DNA of 63,950 nt, filler included, from Candidatus Rokuibacteriota bacterium (lineage in GTDB: Bacteria; JAUVQV01; DATDCY01): assembly GCA_031406795.1 (NCBI GenBank). It is 9 parts of 9 records of this genome, joined end to end, with 100 filler letters (N's around TTAATTAATTAA, not from the genome) between each part and the next. Parts side by side here need not be neighbours in the genome. Positions count along the whole stretch, not along the records: positions 1 to 17,482 come from JANOHV010000203.1; 8 more parts are not named here. One strand, 5' to 3'. The first letter of the stretch is position 1. Every line of letters starts with the position of its first letter. Shown here piece by piece: positions 1 to 10,375 of the stretch. A program made the position numbers and the translations under genes. The notes beneath the pieces are model-generated. The model made no database searches, had not been told where the DNA came from, and was given only the letters and a program-made list of their open reading frames with translations.

Positions 1-1
1 G

Positions 2-200
2 ATCGAGGCGGCGGGGCTCAAGGGGGCGCGGGTCGGGGGCGCGGAAGTCTCGGTGAAACACGCGAACGTCATCGTGAACATCGGGCAGGCTACGGCAGCC
101 GACATTCAGGGGTTGATGGCGACGATCGCCGACCGGGTGCAGCAGCATTCCGGGATCCGGCTCGAGTCGGAGATTCAGACCGTCGGCGAGGAGCGCTGAG
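2..200 (+). CDS. murB: UDP-N-acetylenolpyruvoylglucosamine reductase, C-terminal fragment
   Basis: Translates IEAAGLKG..VGGAEVS.KHANVIVN..ATAADI..LESEI, the MurB C-terminal signature; lies upstream of ddl. Confidence 0.9.
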
Positions 201-1178
201 ATGGGTGCGGGGGAGTCGATGGCTGCGCAGAAGCTGAAACAGGGGGTCGTGGGTGTGCTCATGGGCGGCCGCTCCGCCGAGCGCGAGGTGTCGCTGCGGA
301 CGGGGGCGGCGATTCTCGCCTCGCTTCGCCGGTGCGGACACCGGGCGGTCGGCGTCGACGCGGGGCGGGATCTGCCGCAGGTGCTGGCCCGCCGGAGAGT
401 CAGCGTGGCGTTCCTCGCGCTGCACGGGCGCGGCGGCGAGGACGGCACGGTTCAGGGACTGCTCGAGTGCCTGGGCATCCCCTACACCGGGTCCGGCGTG
501 CTCGCGAGCGCGTTGGCGATGGACAAGAAACAGACCAAGTGGATTTTCCGTGCGCACGCTCTGCCGACTCCGGACTTCGAGGTCCTGGCCGTCGGCACGC
601 GGAGGGGCTGGCCGCTCGATCGTCTCGAACCCCCGGTCGTGGTCAAGCCGGTCTGCGAAGGCTCGACGGTCGGCATGAGTGTCGTGCGCACGCGCGGCGC
701 GCTGGCGAGGGCTCTGGCGACGGCATTTCGCTACGATCCGGAAGTGCTCGTCGAGGTGTTCGTTCCCGGGCGCGATCTGACCGTCGGGGTCCTCGGCGAC
801 CGGGCCCTCGGCGTGGTCGAGATGCGGCCGCGCGGCGGCTTCTACAGTTATCGGGCCAAGTACACCTCCGGGGCCACGGAGTACCTCGTGCCCGCCCCCC
901 TCACGGCCCGGCAGACGGCGCGAACGCAGAAACTGGCGCTGGCCGCTCACCGTGCGCTCGGCTGCCGCGGTGCAAGCCGGGTCGACTTCCGTCTCGACGA
1001 GCGCGGGCGTCTCCAACTGCTGGAAGTCAACACGATCCCGGGGATGACCGCGACGAGCCTTCTGCCCAAGTCGGCCGCCGAAGCCGGGATCGGGTTCGAC
1101 GAACTCGTCACGCGCATCCTGGCCGACGCGCGGCTGGACGCGGCACCGCGGTGTCCCGATCGTGGAGCGGCGCGGTGA
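201..1178 (+). CDS. ddl: D-alanine--D-alanine ligase
   Basis: GG.SAEREVSL.TG, LHG.GGEDG.VQG, LEVNTIPGMT motifs; alternative start at 219. Confidence 0.95.
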   Translation: MGAGESMAAQKLKQGVVGVLMGGRSAEREVSLRTGAAILASLRRCGHRAVGVDAGRDLPQVLARRRVSVAFLALHGRGGEDGTVQGLLECLGIPYTGSGVLASALAMDKKQTKWIFRAHALPTPDFEVLAVGTRRGWPLDRLEPPVVVKPVCEGSTVGMSVVRTRGALARALATAFRYDPEVLVEVFVPGRDLTVGVLGDRALGVVEMRPRGGFYSYRAKYTSGATEYLVPAPLTARQTARTQKLALAAHRALGCRGASRVDFRLDERGRLQLLEVNTIPGMTATSLLPKSAAEAGIGFDELVTRILADARLDAAPRCPDRGAAR

Positions 1179-2122
1179 AGAGCTATTACCGCCCGGACTT
1201 CGATGCCCACCAGGCCACCTACCACCGTGCGCAGCGGCGCCGCAGATGGCTGGTGGGCGCCCGGCGCGGCGGCATCGGGCTGGCCATCGCGGCGGCGGTC
1301 GGTCTCGGCTCGTCCGCCTGGGCCTCGCTGGGGCCCGGCTGGGTGCACGCGCGCCTCTCCTCGCTGCGTCTGTTCCGCATCGAGACGCTGCAGGTCGCCG
1401 GCAACCAGGCGCTCACGAGCGCCGACGTGCTCGCAACCGCGGGCCTGCGCACGGGAGAGAGCCTGCTCGGCCTCGATCTGGCGGCTGCGCGCGCCCGGCT
1501 CGTCGCGCACCCGCGGGTGCGCGAGGCGAGTCTGCGCCGCCGGCTGCCGGGCACGATCGTCGTCGAGATCGCCGAGCGGGTGCCCGCGCTCCTCGTGCGC
1601 GCCGACCGCGACTACCTCGTGGACGCCGAAGGGGTCATCGTCGCGGATGCCGCTCCCGGCAGCCGCCCGGAGTTGCCGGTCCTCACGGGAATCGAGGCGG
1701 TGGCCGGGACGCTGACCGCGCGCGGCGCGGCGGATCTCGCGGCCGGGATCGACCTCGTCGCGGCGATCAGGCTGGTTGGTTTCCCGGCGCTTTCGGCCAT
1801 CGATCACATCGACCTCGCGGACCCGGACGATGCGGTGATCGTCCCGGTTTCCGGCCGCCCGCTGGTTCACGCGGGCCGGCGCGACGCGGCCGGGCGGCTG
1901 CGCCGCTGGCATCTCGTGGCGCCGGACATGGCGCAGCGTTGGCCGGAGCTGGAGTACGTGGATTTGCGGGCCGAGGGTCAGGTGGTGGCGCTGCCGGCGG
2001 CGCCGGCGCCGATCGTCGAGCCCGAAAAGAAGGCGGCGATGCGCCCGCCGGCCGTGCGCCCGCAGGGGCAGGGAAATGGCGCCGGCGCGGGCCGGGCCAA
2101 GGCGGGGGGCGGACATGCCTAA
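1175..2122 (+). CDS. ftsQ: cell division protein FtsQ/DivIB
   Basis: GTG start overlapping the ddl stop; TM helix, POTRA domain (V.GN..L, P.V..A...RRLP.TIVVEIAER.P), YVDLR; lies between ddl and ftsA. Confidence 0.88.
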   Translation: MKSYYRPDFDAHQATYHRAQRRRRWLVGARRGGIGLAIAAAVGLGSSAWASLGPGWVHARLSSLRLFRIETLQVAGNQALTSADVLATAGLRTGESLLGLDLAAARARLVAHPRVREASLRRRLPGTIVVEIAERVPALLVRADRDYLVDAEGVIVADAAPGSRPELPVLTGIEAVAGTLTARGAADLAAGIDLVAAIRLVGFPALSAIDHIDLADPDDAVIVPVSGRPLVHAGRRDAAGRLRRWHLVAPDMAQRWPELEYVDLRAEGQVVALPAAPAPIVEPEKKAAMRPPAVRPQGQGNGAGAGRAKAGGGHA

Positions 2123-3347
2123 GAACGAAAACCGCGTGGTCGGCCTCGACATCGGGACCACGAAGATCCTCGCCGTCGTCGGGGAGATCACCGACCGGGG
2201 GCTGGACATCATCGGCATCGGCACGAGCCCCTCGCGCGGCATGCGCAAGGGGGTCGTCTCGGACATCGACTCGACCGTCGAGGCGATCAAGAAAGCCGTT
2301 GAGGAAGCCGAGCTGATGGCCGGCGTCGAGATCAACGAGGTCATCGCCGGCAGCCACATCAAGGGCTTCAATTCCCGCGGCGTCATCGCGATTAAGGACA
2401 AGGAAGTCACGCAGGGGGACATCGAGCGGGTGATCGACGCGGCCAAGGCCGTGGCCATCCCGATGGACCGCGAGGTGCTCCACGTGCTGCCCCAGCAGTT
2501 CGTGATCGACGAGCAGGACGGCATCAAGAAGCCGCTCGGCATGTCGGGGGTGCGCATGGAGGCCGAGGTGCACATTGTGACCGGGGCGGTGACCTCGGCC
2601 CAGAACATCATCAAGAGCTGCAATCGCGCCGGGCTCGAGGTGCGCGACCTGGTGCTGCAGCAGCTGGCGTCCTCGTACGCCGCGCTGACCGAGGAGGAGA
2701 AGAACCTCGGGGTGGCGCTGATCGACATTGGCGGCGGCACCACGGACATCGCGGTTTTTCACCAGGGGAGCATCTGGCACACCTCGGTGATCGCCCTCGG
2801 GGGCAACCACGTCACCAACGACATCTCCGTCGGGTTGCGGACGGCGCCGAACGAGGCCGAGAAGATAAAGCGCAAGTACGGCTGCGCGATGGCCTCGATG
2901 GTGCGCCCCGAGGAAAGCATCGAGGTGCCCTCGGTCGGCGGCCGCGAGCCGCGGACGCTCTCGCGCATGGTGCTCGCGGAGATCGTGCAGCCGCGGATCG
3001 AGGAGATCCTCGAGCTGGCGAAACACGAGATGGAGAAGTCCGGGTTTCTCGAGATGATTCCCTCGGGGATCGTCGTGACGGGCGGTTCGGTGATCCTGGA
3101 CGGGCTGCCGGAACTGGCCGACCAGATCTTCGATTTGCCCGTGCGCCGCGGCACGCCGCACGACGTGGGCGGGATGGTGACCGTCATCGACAGCCCGGTG
3201 TACACGACCGGGGTCGGGCTGGTCCTCTACGGGATGCACAACCAGGATAGCGCGCGCTTCGGGCCGCGCTCGGGCAGCAAGGGTTTCTTCGGACGCAATG
3301 CGAACCGGATGCGGGACTGGTTCGGCGGATTCTTCGACGGCAATTGA
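2115..3347 (+). CDS. ftsA: cell division protein FtsA
   Basis: [24 protein letters not shown]-terminal amphipathic WFGGFF. Confidence 0.96.
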   Translation: MPKNENRVVGLDIGTTKILAVVGEITDRGLDIIGIGTSPSRGMRKGVVSDIDSTVEAIKKAVEEAELMAGVEINEVIAGSHIKGFNSRGVIAIKDKEVTQGDIERVIDAAKAVAIPMDREVLHVLPQQFVIDEQDGIKKPLGMSGVRMEAEVHIVTGAVTSAQNIIKSCNRAGLEVRDLVLQQLASSYAALTEEEKNLGVALIDIGGGTTDIAVFHQGSIWHTSVIALGGNHVTNDISVGLRTAPNEAEKIKRKYGCAMASMVRPEESIEVPSVGGREPRTLSRMVLAEIVQPRIEEILELAKHEMEKSGFLEMIPSGIVVTGGSVILDGLPELADQIFDLPVRRGTPHDVGGMVTVIDSPVYTTGVGLVLYGMHNQDSARFGPRSGSKGFFGRNANRMRDWFGGFFDGN

Positions 3348-3388
3348 CGGCAATCGGGCGCGACGGGAAAGACAGGGGGAGAACGGTG

Positions 3389-4582
3389 ATGGGCTTTGAG
3401 CTTCTGGACGATGCGCGGGAGGGCGGGCGGATGCACTTCGAGATCGAGGAGGACATGATGCTGGGGGCCGACATCCGGGTGATCGGGGTCGGCGGGGGCG
3501 GCGGCAATGCGGTGAATTCGATGATCAGCTCCGGCATCGACGGGGTCAAGTTCATCGCGGCCAATACCGATCTGCAGGCCCTGGCGCACTCGCTTGCCTC
3601 CGCGAAACTCCAGATCGGCTCGATGCTGACGAAGGGTCTCGGCGCCGGCGCCAACCCCGAAGTCGGCCGCAAGGCCGCCAACGAGGATTCAACGCGCATC
3701 GCCGAGGCGATCCAGGGGACCGACCTGCTCTTCATCACCGCGGGGCTCGGCGGCGGGACCGGCACCGGCGCGGCCCCGGTCATCGCGAACATCGCCAAGG
3801 AGATGGGGATTCTCACTGTCGGCGTGGTCACCAAGCCCTTCCCGTTCGAGGGGCAGCGGCGCATGCGCCAGGCCGAGGAGGGGCTGCGCGAGCTGCGCGA
3901 GAACGTCGACACGCTGATCACGATCCCGAACCAGCGGCTGCTCGGCCTCGTGGACCGCAAGACCACGCTGCTGGACTCCTTCCGGATGGCCGACGATATC
4001 CTGCGCCAGGCCGTGGCCGGCATCTCCGACCTGGTGACCGTGCCGGGTCTCGTGAACGTGGACTTCGCCGATGTGCGCACCATCATGTCGCGCATGGGCC
4101 GCGCCGTGATGGGCGTCGGGATCGCGCGCGGCGACAACCGCGCCGTCGAGGCGGCGCAGCGCGCGATCTCCTCGCCGCTGCTCGAGGACGGCTCGATCGA
4201 CGGCGCCCAGGGCGTGCTGATCAACGTGACCTGCGGTCCGGACCTGGCGCTGCAGGAGGCGAACGACGCAGCCAACATCGTACAGAAGGCGGTCGCCGAG
4301 GACGCCCAGATCATCTGGGGCACGGTGATCAAGCCCGAGCAGCAGGAGGACATCATCATTACCGTCATCGCCACGGGCTTTGAGCAGAAAGCCGTGCCGA
4401 TGCCGTCGCGGCCTTCGGTGCGGACCGGACGTCCGGCGCACGCCCCGACGAATTTCGACACGCCGACCTACATCCGACAGCAGGGCCTGAAGAAAGCCGT
4501 CGGGATGGATTTCAGCCACGACAGCGAACTCGACAGCGCCGACCTGGACATCCCGACGTTCCTGAGGCGCCAGGCTGACTAG
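3389..4582 (+). CDS. ftsZ: cell division protein FtsZ
   Basis: [19 protein letters not shown] tubulin signature, NVDFAD, C-terminal DIPTFLR; start may be 3431. Confidence 0.97.
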   Translation: MGFELLDDAREGGRMHFEIEEDMMLGADIRVIGVGGGGGNAVNSMISSGIDGVKFIAANTDLQALAHSLASAKLQIGSMLTKGLGAGANPEVGRKAANEDSTRIAEAIQGTDLLFITAGLGGGTGTGAAPVIANIAKEMGILTVGVVTKPFPFEGQRRMRQAEEGLRELRENVDTLITIPNQRLLGLVDRKTTLLDSFRMADDILRQAVAGISDLVTVPGLVNVDFADVRTIMSRMGRAVMGVGIARGDNRAVEAAQRAISSPLLEDGSIDGAQGVLINVTCGPDLALQEANDAANIVQKAVAEDAQIIWGTVIKPEQQEDIIITVIATGFEQKAVPMPSRPSVRTGRPAHAPTNFDTPTYIRQQGLKKAVGMDFSHDSELDSADLDIPTFLRRQAD

Positions 4583-6227
4583 ACCGCAGCGCGGTTCGCC
4601 GATCGGCGGCCGCCGCGAGAGCGGCTGGCTCCCGCCGCGGCATGGCGGCGATGTCCGGGTCGCGCTCGCCTACCCCGGACACTACCGGTCGGGGATGTCG
4701 TCGCTCGGCTTTCAGACCGTCCTGTACGGCTTCGCGACGCAGCCCGGCGTCATTGCCGAACGCATCTTTCTCGAGGACGCGAGGCCGGGGCTCAGGGTGC
4801 TCGACGCCGGTTTTGCGCCGCGCGAGGCCGACCTGCTGGCCTTCTCGGTCAGCGGCGAGAACGCGTACGAACAGCTGCTGCGGATGCTGGCGCTCGCCGG
4901 CCTGCCGCTTCGAAGCGCGGACCGCGACCCGGGATCACCGCTGGTGATCGCCGGCGGCATCGCCCCGACCCTGAACCCCGAGCCGCTCGCGCCTTTTGTC
5001 GACGCGGTGGCAATCGGGGAGGGCGAGGAGTTGTTCGCGCCGCTCGTCGACGCGGTGCGCGGGCGCGCGGGGCGCGAGGCCGCTCTCGAGCGGCTGTCCC
5101 TGACGCCCGGGATCTACATTCCCTCGCGGTACGAGCCGTTCTACGCCGCGGACGGAACCCTCGCATCCTTCGAACCCTCCGGAATCGCCCCACGGCAGGT
5201 GATCCGCGCCTCGGTGCGCGATCTGGACGCCTGGCAGACTTTCGGGCGCACAGTGGCGCCGGGCAGCGAGTTCGAGAAGCTCTGCCTCGTCGAAGTCTCG
5301 CGCGGCTGCGGCCGCGGCTGTCGCTTCTGCGCGGCCGGGCACGTGGTGCGCCCGCTGCGCCACCGCTCGCTCGGCGCACTGCGCGACGCGATCGCCGCGA
5401 CCGTCGGACTGCAGCCGCGCGTCGGGCTGCTCGGCGCCGCGGTGGCCGACCACCCCGACCTCACCGTTCTCGGCCGCGAACTGGTTGCCGCCGGCCGCGG
5501 ATTTTCGCTCTCCTCGCTGCGCCTCGATCGCGTCGACCCCGAGCTGCTCGAGCTGCTCGCCGCCGGCGGTACGCGCACCGCGACTTTCGCCCCCGAGACC
5601 GGCAGCGAGCGGCTCCGCTTCGTCGTCGGCAAGCGCATCCGCGACGACCAGATCCTCGAGGCGGCGGAGCGGGCCGCCGCCGCCGGCCTGCGCCAGCTCA
5701 AGCTCTATTTCATGATCGGGCTGCCGACCGAGACCCCGGAGGATCGCGCGGCGATACCCGAACTGGTGTGGCGGATCCGCGAGCGCACGCTCGCCGGCCG
5801 GCGCGAGAAGAGCGATCTGGTGCGCATCTCCGTCACGCTCGGCGGCTTCGTGCCGAAGGCCTGGACGCCGTTCCAGTGGCACCCCTTCGCCGGCGTGCGC
5901 GCGCTCAAGGAGGCGCAGTCGGCGCTCATTCGCGGACTGCGGAAGATCCCGAACGTGGCGGTCACGCACGATGTGCCGAAGTGGTCGTACCTGCAGGCGT
6001 TGCTCTCGCTCGGCGACCGCCGGGTCGCCGATATTCTCGAGGCCGCCGTTGCCGCGGACGACTGGCCGCGGGCGCTGCGTGAGGCCGCCGTCGACCCGGA
6101 TTTCTTCGTGCTGCGCGAGAAACGTCGCGATGAGCTGCTGCCCTGGGACTTCATCGAGACCGGACTCACGAAAAGCGCGCTGCGGGCGCAGTACGACAAG
6201 GCGCTCGCGGCGGGAACCGGACGATGA
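4575..6227 (+). CDS. B12-binding-like radical SAM protein (TIGR03960/YgiQ-like)
   Basis: [13 protein letters not shown] (CxxxCxxC), [20 protein letters not shown]; conserved-looking N-terminus extends upstream of the first ATG (4695). Confidence 0.85.
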   Translation: MTRPQRGSPIGGRRESGWLPPRHGGDVRVALAYPGHYRSGMSSLGFQTVLYGFATQPGVIAERIFLEDARPGLRVLDAGFAPREADLLAFSVSGENAYEQLLRMLALAGLPLRSADRDPGSPLVIAGGIAPTLNPEPLAPFVDAVAIGEGEELFAPLVDAVRGRAGREAALERLSLTPGIYIPSRYEPFYAADGTLASFEPSGIAPRQVIRASVRDLDAWQTFGRTVAPGSEFEKLCLVEVSRGCGRGCRFCAAGHVVRPLRHRSLGALRDAIAATVGLQPRVGLLGAAVADHPDLTVLGRELVAAGRGFSLSSLRLDRVDPELLELLAAGGTRTATFAPETGSERLRFVVGKRIRDDQILEAAERAAAAGLRQLKLYFMIGLPTETPEDRAAIPELVWRIRERTLAGRREKSDLVRISVTLGGFVPKAWTPFQWHPFAGVRALKEAQSALIRGLRKIPNVAVTHDVPKWSYLQALLSLGDRRVADILEAAVAADDWPRALREAAVDPDFFVLREKRRDELLPWDFIETGLTKSALRAQYDKALAAGTGR

Positions 6228-7042
6228 GCGCCCCGGCGATCGTCGAACACCGTGGCGGCGGCGTGCTCTGGTTCGCCGCGGAGCACCTCGAACGCCGTGG
6301 CGTCCACCACGGGTTCACGGCCCGCAGCGGGGGCGCGAGCCGCGGCGTGTTCTCGAGTCTCAACTTCTCCTCGCGCGAAGGCGATGTCCCCCGGCGGGTG
6401 ATCGAGAACTGGGGAAGGCTCGAAACGGCGGCCGCCCTGCCCGCGGGCGGCTGGGCGTTGCTCTCCCAGGTGCACGGCGCGCAGGTCGAGCGTGTCGTCG
6501 CCGGCAGCCCATCGTGTCACCATCGACGCAATCACGCCGAGGCCGACGGGCTGGCGACGGCTGCGAAGGGCGTGGTCCTCGGCGTCTTGACCGCCGACTG
6601 CCTCCCGGTCGTCCTGGCGGTCCCCGGCGGGGGCGCGGTCGCCATCGCGCACGCCGGCTGGCGCGGCACGCTCGAGGGCGTCGTGCAGCAGACTGCGCGC
6701 GAGCTGTGCGCCGTCGCGGGCGCCGAGCCGGTCGATCTGCTCGCGGCCATCGGCCCGTCGATCGGGCGGTGCTGCTTGCAGGTTGGCGCGGAGGTGCATG
6801 CGGCGTTTCACGAACGCTGGGGTGCGGCGCAGACCCGTCGGATCCTCGAGAAGAGCGACCCCTGGCGCCTCGACCTTCAGACGGCCAATCTGATCCAGTT
6901 GCGCGAGATCGGCGTGCGCACCAGCAACGTGGCTCTCGTCCAGCACTGCACCTGCTGCCGCAAGGAGCTCTTCTTCAGTTACCGGCGCGACGGCCGCACC
7001 GGCCGGATGCTGAATTTCGTCACGGCCGCTGAAGAGGCGTGA
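6224..7042 (+). CDS. pgeF: peptidoglycan editing factor PgeF / YfiH laccase-domain protein
   Basis: HGFT.R.GG.S, QVHG, TADCLPV, HAGWRG, IGPSI, FFSYRR. Confidence 0.92.
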   Translation: MSAPAIVEHRGGGVLWFAAEHLERRGVHHGFTARSGGASRGVFSSLNFSSREGDVPRRVIENWGRLETAAALPAGGWALLSQVHGAQVERVVAGSPSCHHRRNHAEADGLATAAKGVVLGVLTADCLPVVLAVPGGGAVAIAHAGWRGTLEGVVQQTARELCAVAGAEPVDLLAAIGPSIGRCCLQVGAEVHAAFHERWGAAQTRRILEKSDPWRLDLQTANLIQLREIGVRTSNVALVQHCTCCRKELFFSYRRDGRTGRMLNFVTAAEEA

Positions 7043-7095
7043 CCAGGGCCGCATAAGGGCTTGACGACGGCACGGCCGCGTTTTACGGTGGCGAG

Positions 7096-7509
7096 ATGAA
7101 GATTGAGTACCGGAAGATCGAAGAGGCCTATGAATTCGTCAGCGCGGGAGAACTGTTCGCACATAGCGCGCTGCTGGATACGCAGACCGGCGAAGTGCTC
7201 CTGCAGACCGAGTCGGGCGAACTGGACGAGTTCCCGGCGGACATCGACCAGGACCGCTATCGGCCGCTCCCGACCCGGAGCGAGCTGCAGCTGGGGAGGC
7301 GGCTCGTCCTGGCGTTCGTCGCGGCCCATCTGCCGGATGCCCTCGATGAGGTCCGGGACATGTTCGGCCGCAAAGGCGCCTACTCCCGCTTCAAGGAGTT
7401 GCTGGCGCTCCACAACATGTTCGATCTCTGGTACGAATACGAGGGGAGAGAGACAGAAAGAGTCTTGCGGGAGTGGTGCGCGGGTGCGGGCATCACGCTC
7501 GCTGGTTGA
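7096..7509 (+). CDS. UPF0158-like protein
   Basis: LD..TGE, F.RKGAYSRFK.LL, W..YE pattern. Confidence 0.65.
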   Translation: MKIEYRKIEEAYEFVSAGELFAHSALLDTQTGEVLLQTESGELDEFPADIDQDRYRPLPTRSELQLGRRLVLAFVAAHLPDALDEVRDMFGRKGAYSRFKELLALHNMFDLWYEYEGRETERVLREWCAGAGITLAG

Positions 7510-7634
7510 CAGATCCGCATTTCACGACTCTTCTTCCGCAGCAGAGAAAAATTAGAGCCGGCCATGTTTGCGCCGTGGTGAGGCGCAGGTCTGCTCGCCG
7601 GTTGCCCCTGCGGCCGGTTGGAGTTCACGCGCGC

Positions 7635-8018
7635 TCACTGTGCGGAAGGATCAGCCTGCATGATCCCGAAAATGTTTCCTTCGGTGTCCTTGAGATAGGC
7701 CAGCCATCCGATCCCGGGAATTGGCATCTTTGGCAGTGCGATAGTTGCGCCACTCTCCCGTGCGGGCTTCATGATCTGATCGAGATTACCGACTTCGATC
7801 GTGCAAACATACGCGGTGACCGCTTGACCATCGAGGGGCCCCCTTCGAACAACGAGACCGCCATTAATTCCCGGCTCGTCCTTTGACCCGGTTTCAATCG
7901 TCCAATAATCGACGGGACCGTCCCATTTGGTGAATTTCCAACCGAACAGGCTTGAGTAGAATTTCTGTGCTCGCTGAACATCCTCGGCATGGATTTCGAA
8001 GTGCACGACTCTGTTCAT
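7635..8018 (-). CDS. VOC/glyoxalase family protein (cassette)
   Basis: VVHFEI.A.D..RA.KFY..LFGW, GINGG, IPG.GW.AY.KDTEGN.FGI. Confidence 0.9.
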   Translation of the reverse strand: MNRVVHFEIHAEDVQRAQKFYSSLFGWKFTKWDGPVDYWTIETGSKDEPGINGGLVVRRGPLDGQAVTAYVCTIEVGNLDQIMKPARESGATIALPKMPIPGIGWLAYLKDTEGNIFGIMQADPSAQ

Positions 8019-8032
8019 GATTCTCTCCTTCT

Positions 8033-8052
8033 GCTACAACGCCTGGTTCGCT
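8033..8052 (-). repeat. truncated attC (left arm only)
   Basis: GCGAAC-CAGGC-GTTGTAGC runs directly into the leader of the next cassette. Confidence 0.7.
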
Positions 8053-8657
8053 GGCCTGTCGTCCTTGTGAAGGCTGACTTTAAGATCCTTGAGCAGTCCA
8101 TCATGGATGTCGTAGACCCACCCGTGCAGAAATAGTTTCTGACCTCGCCGCCAGGCATCCTGAACGGTGGTAGTGTTCGCAACGTTCGTCACCTGCTCCT
8201 TGATATTGAACTCGCATAGTCGACGAAGCAGGGCCGGCTTGTTTTTCACCCGCTTCAACTGGTCGTGGTGGCGCTGGTACACGTCTCGCACGTGACGTAG
8301 CCAATTGTCAATAAGCCCGTGGCGCTGATCTGCGACTGCCGCCTCGATTCCACCACATCCATAGTGACCGCAAACGATTATGTGCTCAACCCTGAGTATT
8401 TCAACGGCGTATTGAAGCACGGAAAGGCAATTGATGTCCGTGTGGATGACAAGATTCGCCACATTCCGATGGACGAAGATTTCGCCGGGCAGAAGCCCGA
8501 CTATCTCGTTTGCCGGGACGCGGCTGTCGGCACAACCTATCCAAAGGTACCGGGGCGTCTGCTGACGAGCCAGATTCTTGAAGAAACTGCGATTGTTCCG
8601 GGTCATACGCTTGGCCCACTGACGGTTATTCTCGAATAGTTCCTTTGTCGTCTTCAT
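8034..8657 (-). CDS. can: beta-class carbonic anhydrase (cassette)
   Basis: [26 protein letters not shown] zinc ligands. Confidence 0.93.
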   Translation of the reverse strand: MKTTKELFENNRQWAKRMTRNNRSFFKNLARQQTPRYLWIGCADSRVPANEIVGLLPGEIFVHRNVANLVIHTDINCLSVLQYAVEILRVEHIIVCGHYGCGGIEAAVADQRHGLIDNWLRHVRDVYQRHHDQLKRVKNKPALLRRLCEFNIKEQVTNVANTTTVQDAWRRGQKLFLHGWVYDIHDGLLKDLKVSLHKDDRPANQAL

Positions 8658-8667
8658 CTCTTCTTTC

Positions 8668-8790
8668 TCTGAACGTAGTGTCGAACCGCGGGCGCGCTTG
8701 CCTGTCCGCCTTCTCCTTGAACTTCTGCCTACTCTGTCACGCCAGGGCAGAAATGCAAGCGAGATCTGTCGGCTACAACGCCTTGGGCGG
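8668..8790 (-). repeat. attC site
   Basis: GCCCAA-GGCGTTGTAGCCGAC...GCAAGCGCGCCCGCGGTTCGACACTAC-GTTCAGA; R''/spacer shortened by about 3 nt. Confidence 0.82.
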
Positions 8791-8792
8791 TT

Positions 8793-9128
8793 TCAATCGA
8801 GGTCCGGCAACTCCAATGCAACACGCAAAGCGACGTTGATTTGCCCGAGGAGTCCTGGCGAAAGGGTCCCGATGTAGTTGGTTAACGCGGACTTGGGAAG
8901 GCTGACGAGCTCGTCGCAGTGGATACCGCTTTCGTGTTTCAATCCTTCGCTCACACCGACAGCGACTTGAGTTGAGAGGCCATCATGGACCGAGAAGATG
9001 GGAGCGCATATGACAGTGGAGAAACGAGATTCGATTACTGTCTGGCGACTGAGAACAACGAACACTCTGGACTTCGTTGGATCCTTAGACGATGGATTGG
9101 CAACGCGATACAGTTCACCACGCTTCAT
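8793..9128 (-). CDS. MazF/PemK family toxin (cassette)
   Basis: MKRGELY.V..P..DP.K.R.FVVLS, C.EL.SL.K. Confidence 0.88.
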   Translation of the reverse strand: MKRGELYRVANPSSKDPTKSRVFVVLSRQTVIESRFSTVICAPIFSVHDGLSTQVAVGVSEGLKHESGIHCDELVSLPKSALTNYIGTLSPGLLGQINVALRVALELPDLD

Positions 9129-9355
9129 GGAATTACCTGAAATGAAAGGACGTCCGATGCCTCTTTGTTCAGGCGATCCGCCTGGCGGTTGATGATTTCG
9201 AGGTCCTTGGCGTTCTGCCTGTCACGGATCCTCTGACTGATATAGACCCGTAGTGCGGTCTCGATGAACTCCGACCGGTTTCCTTGTGGACCAGACTGCT
9301 CGTCGATAGCCTTGAGAACGTCGCCTGAGAGAGTGATGGATGTCTTGAGCTTCAT
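9125..9355 (-). CDS. ribbon-helix-helix antitoxin (cassette)
   Basis: KTSITLS.DVL..ID......NRSEFIE.AL; overlaps the toxin start. Confidence 0.82.
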   Translation of the reverse strand: MKLKTSITLSGDVLKAIDEQSGPQGNRSEFIETALRVYISQRIRDRQNAKDLEIINRQADRLNKEASDVLSFQVIP

Positions 9356-9404
9356 ACCGCAAACATACTTCCGATAGTATTACCTGTCAATCATTCTTTT
9401 CCGC

Positions 9405-9440
9405 ACCGAGTGGACCGAGGGCCGTTAACCGGACCCGGCT
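9405..9440 (-). mobile_element. group II intron domain VI remnant
   Basis: Near-identical to the 3' end of the intron at 10910-10945 (GCCGGG.CCGGTTAACGGCCCTCGG.C.ACTCGGT). Confidence 0.8.
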
Positions 9441-9444
9441 ACGC

Positions 9445-9659
9445 GTCGAAGATGCAACCTCAACCGCGGCACGCAGCCTCGATTGCAGCGATGTCGATCT
9501 TTTTCATCTGGGTTCTCTGTCGGGCTTCATTTCCATCTTCCCGCTGGTCCTCACTCACTGGGTAACGTTAGCCAATTTGCCGGGCTCAACGCCCGTTCCC
9601 ATGGCCTCGGACTTACTTGGCGCTGAAGCGTGATCGGTCAGCTACAACGCCTGGTTGCT
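9445..9659 (-). repeat. degenerate, elongated attC site
   Basis: GAGCAAC-CAGGC-GTTGTAGCTGAC left arm is intact; right arm is degenerate. Confidence 0.6.
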
Positions 9660-9922
9660 CATTCGTAATGCGTCCACATTCGAATGACCTTGACGACCTT
9701 CTCATTATCGAATACTTGATACACCAATCGGTTATGGATATTGATTCTCCGTGAGTAGGCTCCGTCCAGATCGCCAATCAACTTTTCATACGGTGGAGGA
9801 TTGATGTAGGGATTCTGTTTGAGGAGTTCAATCAATACCTCAGCCTTGGGTCTCAGACCTGATGACGATATTTTCTTTGCATCCTTTTGTGCTTGTTTCG
9901 TGAAGACGACTTGCCATTTCAC
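9659..9922 (-). CDS. Txe/YoeB family toxin (cassette)
   Basis: GTG start; PP.YEKL.GDL.GAYSRRINI..RLVY, MWTHYE. Confidence 0.92.
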   Translation of the reverse strand: MKWQVVFTKQAQKDAKKISSSGLRPKAEVLIELLKQNPYINPPPYEKLIGDLDGAYSRRINIHNRLVYQVFDNEKVVKVIRMWTHYE

Positions 9923-10167
9923 CAGCCTGGTTCCTTTGAGCACTCCTTGATAGGCGTCTTCAGCCCTTGCCTGACAGATTCCCTCAAACCGGGAACTGAC
10001 AGGAGATAAATGGTCTCTTGAATTGCTTTCCAATCGTCCTCGGAAACAAGGACGGCGTTCGCACGCTTGCCTGTGATGAGGATCGCCTCGTGGCTCGAAG
10101 AAGCGTCGTCGATTAGTCGATAGAGATTTGTTCGTGCCTTGCTTGCACTAAGAGTAGCCATGACCAT
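9919..10167 (-). CDS. Phd/YefM family antitoxin (cassette)
   Basis: A..AR.NLY.LID, AVL.SE.DW.AIQET.YL; GTACGCA operator repeats at 10194-10212. Confidence 0.9.
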   Translation of the reverse strand: MVMATLSASKARTNLYRLIDDASSSHEAILITGKRANAVLVSEDDWKAIQETIYLLSVPGLRESVRQGLKTPIKECSKEPGW

Positions 10168-10244
10168 TCCTTCCCGAAGTTGTTTCAGGAATGGTACGCA
10201 TTGTCGTACGCACTGTCAAATTGCTTTCTAGCATTCCTTTTCCA

Positions 10245-10375
10245 ACCACGTAGCGTTTAGCCGCGGCCGCGCTTGCCTGCCCGTATTGGAACATTGCAGC
10301 CAGAATTCACCTTAGCCTCAAAGGGCAGAAATGCAAGCGTGATCCGTCGGCTACAACGCCTTATAAGGGTTAGGT
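10245..10375 (-). repeat. attC site with expanded R''-L'' spacer
   Basis: ACCTAAC-CCTTATAAGGC-GTTGTAGCCGAC...GCGGCTAAACGCTAC-GT. Confidence 0.85.

Noticed and set aside
7520-7630. Terminal attC after the VOC cassette
   Set aside because: CTCCAAC-CGGCC is suggestive, but there is no matching family body or R' box. Too degenerate to call.
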